From NCBI RefSeq assembly GCF_009914755.1, contig NC_060948.1: 64,000 nucleotides of DNA; one strand, given 5' to 3'. The notes below the pieces were generated by a model. That model searched no databases. It was not told the origin of the DNA and worked only from the letters and a program-made list of their open reading frames with translations. The DNA is from the human T2T-CHM13v2.0 reference genome, Homo sapiens. This document shows, piece by piece, positions 61,463-64,000 of the stretch (position 1 is its first letter; each line of letters begins with the position of its first letter). A program made the translations under genes and the position numbers.

Positions 61463-61773
61463 GGCCAGGCACAGTGGCTCACATCTGTAATGTCAGAGCC
61501 TTGGGAGGCCATGGTGAAAGGATGGCTTGAGGCAAGGAGTTTGACCCCAGCCTATGCAACATAGTGAGACCCGCCCCCTCACCAATCTCTACAAAAAATT
61601 AAAAACTTAGCTGGGCATGGTGATGCACAGCTGTAGTCCCAGCTACTCAAGAGGCTGAGGCAGGAGGATCACTTGAGCCCAGGAGTTAAAAGCTGCAGTG
61701 AGCTATTATTTTACCGCTGAACTCCAGTCTCGGTGGCAGACTAAGATCCTGTCTAAAAAAAAAGAAAGAAAAG
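61463..61773 (+). mobile_element. Alu (AluJ-like)
   Basis: Dimeric Alu. Confidence 0.9.
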
Positions 61774-61882
61774 GGATTGAATAGTGCTTAATCAGTTAAT
61801 CCCTAATCCGTAATGATATACAACTTTCAAGATTCTCGTATTTTAATTAACTTTCTCTATTTATCATACTTTTCAATCCCCC

Positions 61883-62181
61883 TTTTCTTTTTTTTTTTTT
61901 GAGAGAGAGTCTCACTCTGTCACCCAGGCTGGAGTGCAGTAGTAATATTTCAACTTACTGCAACCTCCACCTCTCAGGTTCAAGCATTTATCATGTATCA
62001 GCCACCACAGCAGCTGGAATGACAGGTGTGAACCACCACACCAGGCTAATTTTTGTATTTTTGGTAGAGACAGAATCTCATCATGTGTGCTAGGTTGGTC
62101 TTGAACTTCTGGCCTCAAGTGATCCACATTCTTCAGCCTCTCAAACTGCTAGGATTACAGGTGTGAGCCACAGTGCCCAGC
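61883..62181 (-). mobile_element. Alu
   Basis: Dimeric Alu, T tail. Confidence 0.9.
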
Positions 62182-62265
62182 TCAAATTTACTTTTACAGT
62201 ATCTGCTTTTAAAATTGTGCACCAAAAATTCAGGCTGTTTCTATTTTCTTTGATATAGTAGATTC

Positions 62266-62310
62266 GTGTGTGTGTGTGTGTGCATGCACACATGTTCATT
62301 TGTGTGTGTG
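62266..62310. repeat. (TG)n microsatellite, interrupted
   Basis: Direct reading. Confidence 0.8.
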
Positions 62311-62916
62311 CTAGTTGGTTAGCCATTATTTTATCATCTTCTCCCTAAATTATGCATCCTAAATTCCAGCTCCCCTTTAAGCGAGGTGTGTCGGTTCTGT
62401 GCCTGTAGGTTGCATTCTACTTGCTTGTATGAATCTGCCTGTCACTCTCACAAATGACGCCACTTCTGCAAGATCAAACACATTTCTCATGACTGCACCA
62501 CTGTCCATATTTCTTTCCTGGAAGCTTTATGTCATTGCCTTAGATTAGCTCATTTATTTCCTACTGACTTCACAACAACAATGTGCCCTTGCCATTTTTG
62601 CAATTAAAAAGATGTCTTCCTTTTTGAAGTCATCCCATTAAAACCTTTCCTGAAATCACAATGAATGTGTCCTGTTGTTCTTTCATATTTTCCAACAGAA
62701 GCAGGAATCTTCATCTTTGATCAAATATCTCATTCTCTTTTTCATGAATTTTCCCCAAATTTACATGTCCTTATCTATGGCCAAATCATGTAATTTTGAG
62801 AAATCAATTTTGGCTACTCTCACGTGATACTCAGTTAAAGGTCTTATAATTTCTGGGCAATTGTATCCACTATGTTTTTTAAATATTATTAGTTTAATTA
62901 TATAATTATGCATTAC

Positions 62917-63189
62917 TGAGGCAGGGTCTGAAATGCAGTAGTGCAGTCATAGCTCACTGCAGCCTTCACTTCCTGGGCTCAGGTGATTCCCCTACTTCAG
63001 CCTCCCAAGAACCTGGAAGCACCTGGAAGTGGACTGTGCCACTACGCCCAGCTAATTTTTGTATTTTTTGTAGAGATGAGATTTCGCAGTGTTGCTCAGA
63101 CTGGTCTCAAACTCTTTGGCTTAAGCAATCCTCCCACCTCAGCCTCCCAATGTGCCAGAATTACTAGCATGAGATACTGTGCCCAGCCC
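62917..63189 (-). mobile_element. Alu (AluJ-like)
   Basis: GCTCACTGCAGCCTTCACTTCCTGGGCTC.. Confidence 0.88.
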
Positions 63190-63334
63190 AATATTATTAT
63201 TTTTTATTGCTAAAAAATGGTAAAATTATAGATATAATTGAAGAATATTGTATGACATATAGTATCTGGGATCTCACAACCCAGAAAGTCAACCTTAACA
63301 TTTTGGAAAATTCTTTTAAAAAATACTGGTTTGC

Positions 63335-63832
<498 letters not shown>

Positions 63833-63928
63833 TGCTTTTGTAAAAGAGTGAATCAATCCTACTTTATTAAAGTCTACAAATGACTGCTTTAAAAAGAGGG
63901 GAATGATATTACATAACCCTATTTATCT

Positions 63929-64000
63929 CTTTTTTGAGATAGATTCTCACTCTGTCACCCAGGCTGGTGTGCAGTGGTGCAATCTTGGCTCACTGCAGCC
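63929..64000 (-). mobile_element. Alu, cut by window end
   Basis: TTTTGAGATAGATTCTCACTCTGTCACCCAGGCTGG. Confidence 0.9.

Overview
Primate (human or great-ape-like) genomic DNA dominated by transposon relics, with no recognisable host gene, RNA gene, CRISPR array or intact protein-coding ORF. Repeat family names are by-eye recognition from recalled consensus sequences, not database hits; subfamily calls and boundaries need RepeatMasker/Dfam confirmation. Main contents: a near-full-length dead L1PA (22412-28444); a twin-primed 5'-inverted L1 (55713-59641); a 7.1-kb LTR2 provirus of HERV-E/Harlequin type with tRNA-Glu PBS and gag/pol/env remnants (34130-41248, minus); LTR12, MER4, MER41 and THE1/MST solo LTRs; Tigger/MER DNA transposons; about 25 Alus; and large CT-, GATA- and TA-rich simple repeats. 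I found no convincing new biological system. The best signals are records of retrotransposition mechanics: a small L1PA2-like insertion with an inversion plus two serial 3' transductions inside one TSD pair, another probable 3' transduction inside an LTR12 that was then fused to an L1 5'UTR, multi-level nested insertions, an old local duplication carrying tandem MLT1 (STIR-like) units, and a trimeric Alu.
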